DNA of 64,000 nucleotides from Paraspadella gotoi (taxonomy: Eukaryota > Animalia > Chaetognatha): NCBI GenBank assembly GCA_051294375.1, contig CM119268.1:17007947-17071946 (forward strand). The letters are read 5' to 3'. Under the pieces are notes generated by a model, which worked only from the letters and a program-made list of their open reading frames with translations, was not told the origin of the DNA and searched no databases. The first letter of the stretch is position 1; every line of letters starts with the position of its first letter. Shown here in pieces: positions 1 to 12,110 of the stretch. A program made the translations under genes and the position numbers.

Positions 1-1955
1 TTCAGCAACTTCTTCTCCAGTAACTTTTGCAGCAACCTTTTCTGTACGCAATTTTTTTGTCAGCAGAAGTACTTCGAGCAATCTTTCTGCACAACTTCCT
101 CCTGCAGCAACCCTCACAGCAACTTGTTTCCTCACAGACTTCCTCCACTAGCCACTTCCTTTGCAGACGCATTAAACGGGTTTCTCACGCAGCAGTTTCA
201 GTTTCAGCGGGGTGATACAGTGGCAGTTGATGGCCGGCAACAATGGCGGGCCGGCGTGCGAATATCTTCTCCAATGACGGAGGGACGGCCTGATGTAAGA
301 TTGATTTCGTCTCCGTCGTCCTCGACGGAGGTCCACGTCGCGGCGGTCGGCGGCCGATGATTCTTCATTGCTGCTATTTCTCCGATGGCTTCTCGGACTT
401 TGAATGAGTTCGTCGAGATGCCTTAGTTTGTTCTCCTTTTGATTTGCCTCTACTAATGTTATGAATTCTCTCTTTGGCCGCTTTTTCTATTTCTTTCATC
501 GTTTCAATCTGAATTCGTAATCACCCTTCTTTCTTACTTTCCTTGCATCTCTCATTAACTGTAGCCCTGTCTTTTAAATCGTTCTATATCTCGCTTTTCT
601 ATCTATCTTTGCTCTCTCTCGCTTTTTTTCATCTAAGTCCTCTTCTCAACCTTGATCGAGACCTAACCTGATACTGATCTCTCTTGAGACGATCGAGGAC
701 GTTAGTTACCGACGTGCCTTCCTTTCTCGATGAATCGGACGCTGCGTTTCGATCGGTCCAAAACTCCCGAGATTCCGTCGTGGACCCGCTCGACGGCGCG
801 GATTCTCATGATCTCGCGAGGGAATGCTGAGTAAAGGAGGGGGGATTTTCTGGGACGGCGAAACGGACATCCTTCCTAATTAGACGTGCCCTCATTATGC
901 GCGTACTGAACGGTCGGAATTATCTCATCTAACAACGACTTTACGCAATCGTTTCAAGTGCGTGAGGGGGGGGGGGGTGCAACAATAAATTGTGCGAGAA
1001 TCAGTGCACATGTCGGAACATGTTCCCCGCCGCCTTCGGCCTGTCGGGTCGCCTGGACCTCCGACGTAACTTTGCATTATTAGTATACGTTTTAAAAAAT
1101 TTCGAGTTCGTATTGTACATTCTTTAACGAACGTTAACTCTCTCTCATTTTGATTATAATGTTATAAAATCTTGGTTTATTGGCCAATAGTTTCATCGTC
1201 GCACGTTGAGACCCGTTGCAATTTTTTTTCAACTCACTTTGGCCGAAAGGCTTCGGCTCAGCCGTTCTTTATGGCCGATCACAAAAGATCCCCGGCCAAT
1301 GTTTTTTCAGCAAAAGAGGTCCGGCCTCCCGGTGTTGCCCGTTATCCGATGGCTCGCCACTTTCTTTCCGAATTCCTCAAACTGGTCAGCAAGAGAACGT
1401 GATCAAAGTTATGATTTTTCGAATTTAGACCCAAACCTCGGGAAGCCAAAGGTCGCTCCAAGTCCCAGGCTGCTTCGGTCTATTTTTTTTATTTTAATTA
1501 GTTTGTTTAGATAGAGATCTCCGTAGGAAGACGTTTAGTTCTAATAATAAGTACGGTAAGTGCTACTAGCCTCAGCTATAAACTTTCTATCGTCCATGAA
1601 GCCCGTGATCATAACGAATTTGAAATGTATTTTGTAGTAAGATGTTGTTGTGAAGAGTTGGTTTGTGTGTTAAGATCCTTCAAAGGCAAATAGTAAGTTC
1701 AATGTCAAATAATCAATAATTCTGTGCAAGTAAAAATACTAAGTAGGCTCATCCGGGGAGTTGTAGAAAACCGCTGTTCATCTCTCGTTTCAGTTCTTCT
1801 TTCATTTCTCTTCATCGTCTCGGGTCTAGCGGCGATCCTGGCGTTCCTTAGACTGTACTCGAGTTTCCTACTCCGTAGTTTAGTATTCAACAAATGATCA
1901 GTGTTTTATAAGCGTCGACCGCAAGTATCTGCGTCGCGTACGATCTCTCTTAACA
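1..1955 (-). mobile_element. Second copy of the same LTR-like element, running off the window start
   Basis: Colinear, indel-rich match to ~6200-8138. Flanks differ immediately after the shared TTAACA end. The minus strand has TGGCGAGCCA at 1359-1350, a 10-nt match to a tRNA-Arg(ACG)-type primer-binding site. Confidence 0.55.
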
Positions 1956-2063
1956 CAATTAGATATAAGAACGTTAAATACACCAGAAAACGATTTTTTT
2001 CGCGTGCGGCTAAATAAGATATGAAAACTTTAAAAATTNNNNNNNNNNNNNNNNNNNNNNNNN

Positions 2064-4480
2064 AAAAATTGAATGAGATCTTTTGTCGTACGATTCATGC
2101 TTGTTGGGGGTGTTACTATCGTGCATGTCGAAGTTCACAGGAGAGAAGGAGGGTGCATTGTTTGGTTGCAGAAACCGATCACCATGAAAGTTGTCTTTCT
2201 TGAATTTGCTGCCCCTCCTTGTTTCACAGATTAAATCAATTTGTTCTATGTTAATACACTGTGTGATTCAGAGGACGATCAATTTAGTAGTTTGTCTCAA
2301 ACTGTGGCTCAGCTCAGTTTGCACGTTTTTTCAACTTGTTCAAGCCAAAGTTCAAGCGCTCAATTCAAATTGTCTATGAACTTCAGTCTTTAAATTTTGT
2401 GTTGTACTACTTCAGTGGTTCATTGCTGGCACGCTAAACGAATATAAGATGCGAATCTAATAGCAGCACCCATCTCATTGCTTCTCTCATTTACTTCATT
2501 TTGTAAGTAAGGTTGAACCTGGTCCACAAACTTTAATAATATTTGTATTTGTTTTGGACAACAACTCCTACGTTGTCGTCTCTCTGAGCCATAGAAAGAC
2601 CGTTTACCTTTCCTCTCATAGGTCCTCTCTAATGTCATGCTACACATCCAAGCCTCTTTGAATTGTTCATTAATTTTAAACATTTCCAGAGTTTTTTCTC
2701 ACTCCAGAATATTTTGCTCTCACACTTATCCTCTAGAATGTGAGTCCTGACAAGACAAAGTTTTAAGTTATCCAACCTCAAACTTTGTTCAGCTGCTCCA
2801 AGCAGCAAGTTAAGGATTCCCTCCTCCTCCTCTTCCTCGTCTTTCTTCTTCCTATTTAGACGAGCATCATATCATTTGTATTTTCTATCAATATTAGCAA
2901 AGTTTTGATGTGAGACCAAGCTAGACAGATAGTAAATTTTTTTTTTTTTTTTTTTTTCATTTTTTCATTATTTTCATGAAGACTGGATCTTGTTAGCCCA
3001 GCAATGGTTCATTGATCATTGTTCATGCATTTAAACTCGTCATTCTTCTCTTTTATTACAGAATAGTAGGTGATTAAACTGTAGTGGGAGGACTTGCGTG
3101 ATACTTAAGTTGGATCCTAAACCGTAGTGTCTATAATCCGTATATCTTATACTTCCGCATTTATTGAATCTCCTATTCATAACGAGGATTTATAGAATTA
3201 TGACATGAAAGCAGGCGGGTGGAGGCATCCCCGACTGGTCTTCATGTGAATGACCTTTGTTAGATCTACACAAGCAGGAACTGTGCCCATGAGATTGAGT
3301 GTTACAGCAAGAAGCCTCAACAGCTCTAACAGCTTTGAAGTTAGTCAAAGGATGAATTGCAAAAAATATTCTCCTTCACGACGAATGATAGCTGAGCGCC
3401 CAGCAATTGCCGCAATTTAGTGTTCAGACAATGGCATTTCAATGTCATTTCTCCGCAAAATCGTCTTCCCGATTACATGGCGGATGGGTGGCCGATTGGA
3501 TTCTCTCCTCGTTTCGTCCTTTGACAGTTTTCTTCCGCAACCCTTTCACAACTTTTTTCCGATCCTTTTAACCGCAGATTTGCGTTTCGCGCGATCTCTT
3601 TTCCTGCAACCTCTTTCACAACTTCCTCATCTTTTTGTCCGTAAGCGTACATTTGAAACTTCTTGGCAGGCAGACCTCTGTCTCATCAGCAGCAACTTTT
3701 TCAGTCAAATTCTTCAGCAGGCGACTTCTTTAGCAGCAGCTTCTTATGGCAGGTAACGTCTTCTAACAGGCAGCTTTTCAAACGCAGATATTCGTTCCAG
3801 CAGCAGCGTCTTAGCAGCAGCATCTTCTGTTAGGCAGCAACTTCTTCTGTCAGGACAGCATCTGAAGGCTTCTTCTAACGCAAACAGACCTCAAGCTTCA
3901 TTTAATCGGTTCTTCATGCAGGCGGCGGTGGTGATTGGGATTGTGCGCACTCATTACGTTTTCGGCAGAGGTTCCTTTGTTGAATTCCCATTGCACGGGT
4001 CGGGGCGATCCTCATTTGCGTCGGCTCCCAGCTCCAAATGCTCCTTCGTTGGATGACTCCTTCGTTCGTTCCCCTTCACATTACTGCTCGCAGCTTAGGA
4101 CGTCGCCAGCCTTTCAAGTCTCCGCTCTCTGGCCTTTCTCGCTTCGTTTTTGTACTCTGAGATTCTATCTCCCATTCATCTATGCCTTTCCTCCACCATT
4201 CATGTATTCTTTCTTGCCGGTTCTCTTTCGGAACTTTCTTTCAATTTTTCTTCACAGCTCATGCCTCTTCATCCACCTCGTCTTGTCTCGTCTCTTTTCG
4301 TATTGGTACATTCGTTCGTTCTTGTTCTCCTCTCTTGGCTTTAGATACACTCTTTCTCTGCTCATTTTATAGGTCCTTGACCAACCTTTGGCGATCATCT
4401 TGCAAGACGATTGAGACGGACGGTTGTTACCAATAGTTCTAGGTTTTGAGTTGTTATTTTCGTGAAATAAGTTCATAGTA
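2064..4480 (-). mobile_element. Third, more diverged internal (gag-like) copy lacking the LTR-like segment
   Basis: 2420-3340 aligns with 4610-5500 (shared cattgctggcac, actccagaatattt, cagctgctccaagcagcaagtt, gtgagaccaagct, gggtggaggc). 3500-4440 loosely resembles 5750-6960. Confidence 0.5.
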
Positions 4481-4599
4481 TCAAATGTATTTTTTTCCTT
4501 TTTCTTCCCTAACTAACTTGCTCAATCACTCAGTGTTCACAGTCTTTTTGAATTTTGTTTTAAAGTTTAATTAACTTCATTTTTTTTTTTTCTTTTTTT

Positions 4600-7500
4600 T
4601 TTTTTTTTGTCATTGCTGGCACTAAACGTAATAAACAAATCTAAATATAGCTGCATCTGTCCTCTTATTGTTTCTCTCATTTTTACTTCTTTTGTAAAGT
4701 TAAAAGGTCAACCTGGTCCACTAACTTTAATAAAATTTGGATTTGTTTTGACAACAACTCCACTGTCGTCGTCATCGTCGTCTCTCTGAGCCGTAGAAGA
4801 CCATTTCTTTTCCTCTTATAGGTCCTCTCAACTCGTGTTCATGGTTTACACCTCCAAGCCTCGTGAATTTTACATTATTCCAGAGTTTTCCTTTCACTCC
4901 AGAATATTTTTGGCTCACATCTTTCTCCTCTTGAATGTGAGTCCTCAAACAAAATTTTAATTTCCACCTGCAAGTTTAATGCACCTTTTCCTAAGGCATC
5001 AAACTTTGTCAGCTGCTCCAAGCAGCAAGTTGTAGGAGACCTTCTCCTAAGCAAACTTTTTTTCGTCTTTCTTCTTCCCTTTAGACGAGCATCGTAAACG
5101 AAATATTGGCAATATTAGCAAATTTTAAATGTGAGACCAAGCTCGCCGAATTTGTGGAAAAAATTGACATCACAAATCTTTCTTTCTTTGTATTAAGACT
5201 TAACTTAAAAGCCCAGCAATGTTTATTCGTCAAACACATGAATTTTTCTCTTTATCCTTACATTTTACTACAAGTAGATGTGATCAAACCATAGTGACGA
5301 GTTTGTGATAATTCGTTGAACCAAACCGTAGTGTCATGAACCATAATCCTATACATTTCCGTCTTATAGATCTCCTCATTTCATAGAAAGATTTTTTAGA
5401 CGTTAGAAAGTGAAAGCAAGGGGTGGAGGCTCCCCGAACTGTTTACACGTACGACCTTGGTACTTAACAGATTGAGCAATTCATGGTCAGACAGAACATC
5501 CAGCTCGGCCTTGCGTTTGACAGCTTAAACTTAGGCTCAAACAGAAGACTTAAGAACTGAATTGTCGACGATGGTTCAGATGAGAGTAAGGCTAAAAATG
5601 AACTCCAAATGATAAAAAGTGATAAATTTAGGCCAGCTCCATTCATTATGTGCCGGCAGCTCTATGCAAACTTCTTCTCCATGCTCATATACGACCAGCG
5701 ATGTGGAGAACAAGATGGCTTCTCAACCTCAGACCTGTAATGTCTACTTGATCACAGGTTGATGACTCTTCGACAGTTTCCCCTTTAACGGTTCTTTAGC
5801 TCACTTCTCCAGCAGCTTCTCCTGCAGCTTCTCCAAAGCTTCTTTCCGCTACCTCCACAGCAACATTTTCCGCAACCTTTTCCGCAGCTTTTTCCGCACT
5901 ATTTTCCTCCAACCATTACTTATACAGTAACTATTTCCGCAACTTTTTCCACAACTTTTTCCGTAACATTTTCAGCAACTTTTTTCGCCGTTTTTTCCAC
6001 AACTTCTTCCACAACTTTTTCCGTAACTATTTTCAAAACTAATTTCCGATAACTTTTCCGGAAACGTTTTTCCGCGACTTCTTTAGCATCTTCCTTCCAG
6101 CGCACACTCTTCAGCAGAAAATTCCACAGCAGCAGGGCCTTTTCATCACCAGTACCTTCCTCTGCGTAACTTCTTTAGCAGTATACTTCTCTACCTTTCA
6201 CAATGTCGCGACTTGAGCGGTTTTCGTAGCACTTCTCTCCCATGCAGCAATTCGTGAAATTTTTGAAGTTTTCCCATGCAACCTTCTGCAGCATTGCCCC
6301 AACCTCCTCAGCACTTTTCAACTCTTCTGCAGGACTTCCTTTGCACGTTAAAACGGGTTTCTCTACGCAACAGTTTTCAGCTTAGAGGCGGTGATGGCGG
6401 CGCGTGGAACTACATAATGACGATGGCGGCCTGCGCGGTTAGCGTGGATTCGCATCCTCTTCTTCACGAAAATTCCCGAAAGCTTCGTAACTATTTCCTC
6501 CTCGATATGACCTTCCTCCCTTTCCTTCCTCTCTCACCGTAGTGTAAGATCAGATCTTCGTCTGCCGTCGCCTCCGGCGGAGTTCCACGTCGCGGCGGTC
6601 GGCGGCGGTGATGATTATGTTCCCCTCCCCCCAGCTGCCTTTTCTCCGAAGGCTTCGCGGACTTTGATGACTTTGTTGAGTCGCCTTCGCCCGTTCTCCT
6701 TCCGATTCTGCCCTCCGCTTATCGATTATAAATCTCTCTGCCCAGCTTTTTTATCGTCTTTCAATCAGCTTTTCAATCTGAATTCGTAATCGAACTTCTT
6801 TCTTCTTTTCTTCCATCTCTTTAATTAGCTTTCATTTAGCCTCGTCTTTTAATCTATCTAATCCCTTTTCATTCTTCTTTCTCTCTCCCTGTTTATCTAA
6901 TACATTCAATCGAGGACACGGATTTCTCTCGAGACGATCGTGTTCGACTTAGTTACCGACGGCTTTCCCTTTTCCTTGATTCGGGACGCTGCGTTCGAGA
7001 CGGGCTCAAACTCCCGGAGATTCCGGCGTGCGGACCTCGCGTTCGAACTGCGCGCTTTCTCATGATCTCGGCGAGGAATGCTGAGAAAAGGAGGAGGGGG
7101 ATTTTCTGGGGACCCCGAAACGGACAATACCCTTCCTAATTTAGGACGTGCCCTCATTATGCCCGGTACTGAACGGTCGAATTTCTCATCTAACAACGAC
7201 TTTACGCAATCGGTTTCAAGTGCAGGGTGTGCAACAATAAATTGTGCGAGATCAGTGAACAATGTCCGGACAGTTCCCCGGGCCCCTTCGGCCTGTCGGG
7301 TCGCCTGGACCTCCGACGTAACTTTGGCATTATTGTATAGTTTTAAAAAATTTTCGAGTTCGTATTGTAATTCTTTAACGAACCGTCTAACTCCTCTCTC
7401 ATTTTGATTATTAATGTTATTAAAAAATCCTGGGTTTATGGCCAAAGTTTCATCGTCGCCATCTTGAGACGTTGGCATTTTTTTTTCAACTCACTTTGCG

Positions 7501-8138
7501 AAGGCTTCGGCTCCAGCCCGTTCTTACTTGGCCCGACTCACAAAAGATCCGGCCCCAATCGTTTTTTCAGAAAAAAAGATCCGGCTCCCGGTGGTTGCCC
7601 TTATCGATGCTCCCACTTTCTTCCGAATTCCTCAAACTGTTCACAAGAAACGGGATCAAGGTTAATGATTTTATTTAGACCCAAAACTCGGAGCCAAAGT
7701 CCTCCAAGTCCAGGCTGCTTCGGCTATTTTTTTATTTTAATTAGTTAGTTTAGATAGAATCCCGTAGGAGAACAGTTTAGATCTTAATATTAAGTACAGT
7801 AAGTGCTATAGCCTCAGCTAAAACTTTCTATCTCCATGAAGCCCGTGATCATAACGAATTGATGTATTTTGTAGTAAGATTGTGTGAAGTGTTAGACTTT
7901 CAAAGGCAAATAGTAAGTTCATGTCAAAATCATAATTCATTGCAAGTAAAACATACTAAGTAGGCTCCATCCGGGGAGTGTAGAAAACCGATGTCATTTT
8001 CGTTCATCTCTCGTCAGCGGCGATCCCTGGCGTTCACTTAAACTGTACTGAACTTTTTACTTGTAGTTACGTATTCAACAAATGATCAGTGTTTATACGT
8101 CGACGCCAAGTATCGCGCGCGTACGATCTCTCTTAACA
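4600..8138 (-). mobile_element. Degenerate LTR-retrotransposon-like element (putative 5' LTR plus gag-like region; tentatively BEL/Pao)
   Basis: Homology to the copy at 1-1955 ends exactly at TTAACA (8138), which is 5'-TGTTAA on the minus strand. TGTT at 7638 gives a ~500 bp TGTT...AACA segment with AATAAA near its 3' end. It is followed by ORF 7478-6906, a K/E-rich and KVAE-repeat stretch (6105-5870), and frameshifted fragments SLVSH..NFANI and AAWEQL (5150-5005) that recall BEL gag DUF1759. No RT or integrase motifs are visible. Confidence 0.5.
6906..7478 (-). CDS. N-terminal part of the element's ORF (gag-like, frameshifted downstream)
   Basis: 190-aa non-repetitive ORF with an ATG after aaaaaaa, just downstream of the LTR-like segment. 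The same sequence is present, with indels, at ~650-1220. Confidence 0.5.
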   Translation of the reverse strand: MPTSQDGDDETLAINPGFFNNINNQNERGVRRFVKELQYELENFLKLYNNAKVTSEVQATRQAEGARGTVRTLFTDLAQFIVAHPALETDCVKSLLDEKFDRSVPGIMRARPKLGRVLSVSGSPENPPPPFLSIPRRDHEKARSSNARSARRNLREFEPVSNAASRIKEKGKPSVTKSNTIVSREIRVLD

Positions 8139-8566
8139 ATCTTCAATGTTTAAAATTAGGAAAAAAGTGAAAATTCCTTGACTTTTTTATTCTCTGTAGC
8201 TAGAAATCTTATATATTTTAAAACGTTTTAGTCATTTTTTGCTGATCTAAACATTAAATATCAATATAACATATTTTATAAAAGTTTCTAGTTTTTTACA
8301 GCGAATCCAAATCAGTTCTTAAAAATAAAAAAAATTATTTTGAAATTTGATGATTTTATAAGGATATTACTAACAAAATATAATGGAATTTGCTATACTG
8401 TTATGCTAAAAAAATTTTTAAAAGGATTTCAAATTCATTAATTATATTATGTCATAGGCAGCAAAAAATAATGTTCAATCACTCAATCTTTTCATCACTC
8501 CACCCTAATGTCTAGTGGACTAGAACACTGCTTTAAGTTTCCAAAATTCTAAGATTCGTCTTGGGG

Positions 8567-8621
<55 letters not shown>

Positions 8622-9591
8622 TCACTCGGGCGTAAAGGGTGAACTTAGGTAATATTTTGCCTGATTAACTGAGCAAATTACCTAGGTAAAGAAAATATTT
8701 TTCTTAATTAAGATAGGCAATTTTCTTTGTATTTTTTAAAAAATAAATTAAACAATATATTTTTTTGGGTTTGATTTCCTTATTAACTTGATAAATGATG
8801 AATTGAAAGATGATAGAAAGACTAGTAATAATAATGTGGGTGCATACATTTAAAAAGATCTGTAATGTACATATCCTGATATGCTTGAAAGGATGAAAAC
8901 CTCGATCAGAAAAATGTTATAAAATATATCAAAGACTCAAATGATCCCCCAAAAATTTGCATCTTATCATCAAAGTCAAAGCTTACTAGAATTCTTTGCT
9001 TGCTCTCATACGATTTACTTGTCTCATAACCTAGCTGATTATGTAAAAAGATATGTTTAAGATACAGAAAGTACAAAACTAATGGTCATGACATACAAAC
9101 AAAAAAGTATAAGAAAATTCAGCCGACAGCTATTTTTTATTATTAACAGAAGTTTTAACTCAGTTAAAGTGAGAAATAACATTTATTAACATATTAAAAA
9201 AACATCTTAATCTTAATCGAAAAAATTATGTGCTGGAGTCCAAACCCTGTCACCAAACTTGGTCAAAGCAAAGTATACATTTTTAGCTGTTAATTTTTCT
9301 TTTTAATAAGATTAGTTTTTTTTGTTAAAAGTATTCTAGGGCTTAAAATAATGTAATGTCAATGTTAAGCAAAGTTTTATATTTTAAAAAGATGTATAAT
9401 TTAAAAATTAATACCCTAAAATATTGCATTTTATTAATTTAATCATTTATATGTAATTTTTTATCAATTTGTCTGAATTTATTTAAAATAATGTTTCTCT
9501 TCTTAATTTTAGCAAATTAGATCATAAATTTGTCAGTTATATTTCTATTTTAAAGCTACTTTCGTCAATTAAAAATTGTCTACTTTTATTT

Positions 9592-9675
<84 letters not shown>

Positions 9676-10073
9676 TGCTCTACTTATTCACGCGATTCTA
9701 ATTCTTTATAAAAACTCATTCGCGATTCGGTTCACAGGTTCTGTGTTGCAGCTGATCAGACGAGAGTGCTCTTCTTTTCATAGTATTTCTGGTTCGACAA
9801 TTATCTTCTACTTTTCCTTCCTTTTGCTTTCTCAGGAGTTTTAATAATTAATTATTACCGGCTTTTCTAATTTTTTTTATTACTGAGTCAATTTCGTTTT
9901 CTCTGAAACCCGTTGTTCCAGTTTTTAACAATTGCAATCTTTCCGAAGATATCGCTCTCCGCCTCTTTTTTTTTCACATCCCGTTTCTTTCTTAGTCGGA
10001 CTCCCCAGATTTCAAAGATCGCTCGATCGTCTTCGAACTTCCGTTCTGCTTCCGAAGTTAAAGAAACTTAACA

Positions 10074-11111
10074 ATGGGTAAGAATGAATACTTTGTTTAC
10101 ATGTAGATTAATTGGTGAATTTATAGAAGGGAAACGCCTGTTTTTGATGAGGTCGCAATTGTATGTCAATCTTAAACGGCGATAAAACCAGAGAAAAGCT
10201 CCAAAATGTAACGCATTAGTTCAGAGTGTAACATCCTAGACCATGCTTTACAGCGGATGAAACAGAGGTTTCCGCACAAGAACCCGATCCGGTGACCGGC
10301 CTGACCAAAAACCAAGCCGAGATTCTGCAGGTCACGTGGGCCAAAGCGATCAAGGATCAGCGAGCCGCCGGAGTTCTCTTTTGGAAAATATTTTTCACAG
10401 GTTACCATCGGGATTTTGGTTTTAGAGATTTCGTTGGACAAATTTTATATTAGATCAACTTTCATTTCAGATCATCCTGACGCGAGGGACTTATTCAAGG
10501 AGTTTAAGGACAAGCCGATTGAGGAGGTAAAGTTTTTTTTCTAATTTACTAATCACAACCATCTACTGTGTTATTTTTTCAACTTTAAAGATTTTGTCAA
10601 TGCCGCGTCTCCGCGCGCACGGCGTCACAGTCATGCGCGCCATCTCTACGGTCATCGATAATCTCGACGATGCCGACGTGGTCGTCGAACTACTTGACAA
10701 GCTGGTGATGACAAAAAGAGTTGACAATGACGAGGGCGGAGTTGACATGGAAAGAGTGACAAGACTAACATTAAATTTTTAAGGGTTACAACCATTTCGC
10801 TCGTGGCGTCAATAGTGAGCATTTCACCCGCGTCAAAAACGTGGTCGTCAAGATGCTGAAGGAGGCGCTGGAAGACGAATTTCAAGAGGAAGTCGCCGAG
10901 GTAACATCATGATCTATTAACTGACTCTCGCTGAAATAAATAACTTTTTCAGCGAAAAAAAGTAATGTCAGTAAGGTTAAATTAAATTTTTGGTCTATCG
11001 GTTGTAATTGACCCCGTGATCTTTGAATTGCAGACTTGGGAGAAAGCTTTGGACGTGGTGGAGGCAGTCTGCATTCAGGGAAACGAGAAGGCCGCGTCCG
11101 AGAGCCAATGA
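10074..11111 (+). CDS. Intracellular single-domain globin, 171 aa, six coding exons: 10074-10077, 10254-10400, 10471-10526, 10591-10704, 10784-10900, 11034-11111
   Basis: All five introns are GT-AG and the exons splice in frame (516 nt): MADETEVSAQEPDPVTGLTKNQAEILQVTWAKAIKDQRAAGVLFWKIFFTDHPDARDLFKEFKDKPIEEILSMPRLRAHGVTVMRAISTVIDNLDDADVVVELLDKLGYNHFARGVNSEHFTRVKNVVVKMLKEALEDEFQEEVAETWEKALDVVEAVCIQGNEKAASESQ*. Globin landmarks Trp A12, Pro C2, Phe CD1, His E7, Val E11, His F8, Phe G5 and Trp H8 are present. No signal peptide. Confidence 0.95.
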
Positions 11112-11214
11112 TCAATTGGCGATTATGACGACAGACGTCAGATTTTAGCCATATTGTATGCTAGATTTTTACCGGTTAAAGATTCAAGTAAATTTTTACT
11201 TGTGAAATTTAATT

Positions 11215-11220
11215 AATAAA
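11215..11220 (+). terminator. Polyadenylation signal of the globin gene
   Basis: AATAAA about 100 nt after the stop codon, followed by a T-rich tract. Confidence 0.6.
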
Positions 11221-11391
11221 CGGAAATGGTGGATGTTTGACTTTTTCTTTCTTAAACGATTCAGTCAGATAATTTAGTTTTCGATGAAGTATAATTCTTC
11301 TCTATTACTTAGTACTTTGTAAATTTTGGCGATTTGGTCATCAAGTACAAGTTTTCGCGCTATCACTTTCAATACGATGTTCCCATTTATA

Positions 11392-11545
11392 TCAGCTAAA
11401 AATCAAAACTCTGCTTTCTTGCAGAGGTTGCAGTGCTGATACACAATTCGGTGTCCGACGCTTGCGGACATTGCCATTTCCGACATGAACGCCGACTTGG
11501 GTTTCGTGTGAGCGCTCGGCGTTCGCGTGAGAGGCAGTGAAGCTT
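11392..11545 (-). other. GC-rich island: candidate terminal exon of the minus-strand gene, or structured RNA
   Basis: Pyrimidine tract and AG upstream on the minus strand. All three minus frames are open across it (e.g. ASLPLTRTPSAHTKPKSAFMSEMAMSASVGHRIVYQHCNLCKKAEF*). It also contains nested inverted repeats. Confidence 0.3.
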
Positions 11546-11914
11546 CCGCGGTTCAAGGGAATAAAGGTTAACAAATTTAGTTTTCTCCCTCGAATTTTCT
11601 CTTTTTTTCCTCTCTCCTTCTCTATCTTCGTTTCCACTTCCCCGTTTTTTTTCTCTTTCCGTCTCTCCCACCCTCGAAGAACCGATAACTTTATTATGTC
11701 CTCTTTTTTTTTCGTTTTTCGTCAGTTAGATTTCAAACGCGTAGAAAAAAAAGTCAAAACCTGAATTTAAGATTTTAACAGATCACCTCCTGTTATGATT
11801 TTCAATGCCTTTGATAAGAGGGAGAAAAACTGACAACTATACCATTTTATCGATGAAAATATTAGCAAAAATTGTACCAGGAAAACATATTCATTGAGCA
11901 GGAAATATTAAATT

Positions 11915-12110
11915 TAGGCTAAATTTTACTTTCGCCGACCGCGGTTTTTGGAGGCTTTTGAAAAACCATTTAAAAATATTTATTTTATAAAAAAGAAAAT
12001 TCCTTAATTACCTTAACCCTAACCACCCCTAACCTTAAACCAACCCTAAACCACCCTTAACCTTAACCCCTCCCTAACCCCGGTTATCGAAAGTAAAAGT
12101 TACCCTAAAT
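11915..12110 (+). mobile_element. Non-autonomous MITE-like element with terminal inverted repeats and internal degenerate CCTAAC/CCCTAA repeats
   Basis: ttttactttcg (11925) pairs with cgaaagtaaaa (12088). A related copy lies in inverted orientation at 46262-46695. Confidence 0.6.

Noticed and set aside
10594-10782. 62-aa ORF as a standalone gene
   Set aside because: It is globin exon 4 read through into intron 4.
12008-12082. True telomere or chromosome fusion scar
   Set aside because: The repeats are highly degenerate and lie inside a TIR-bounded repeat with a second copy elsewhere.
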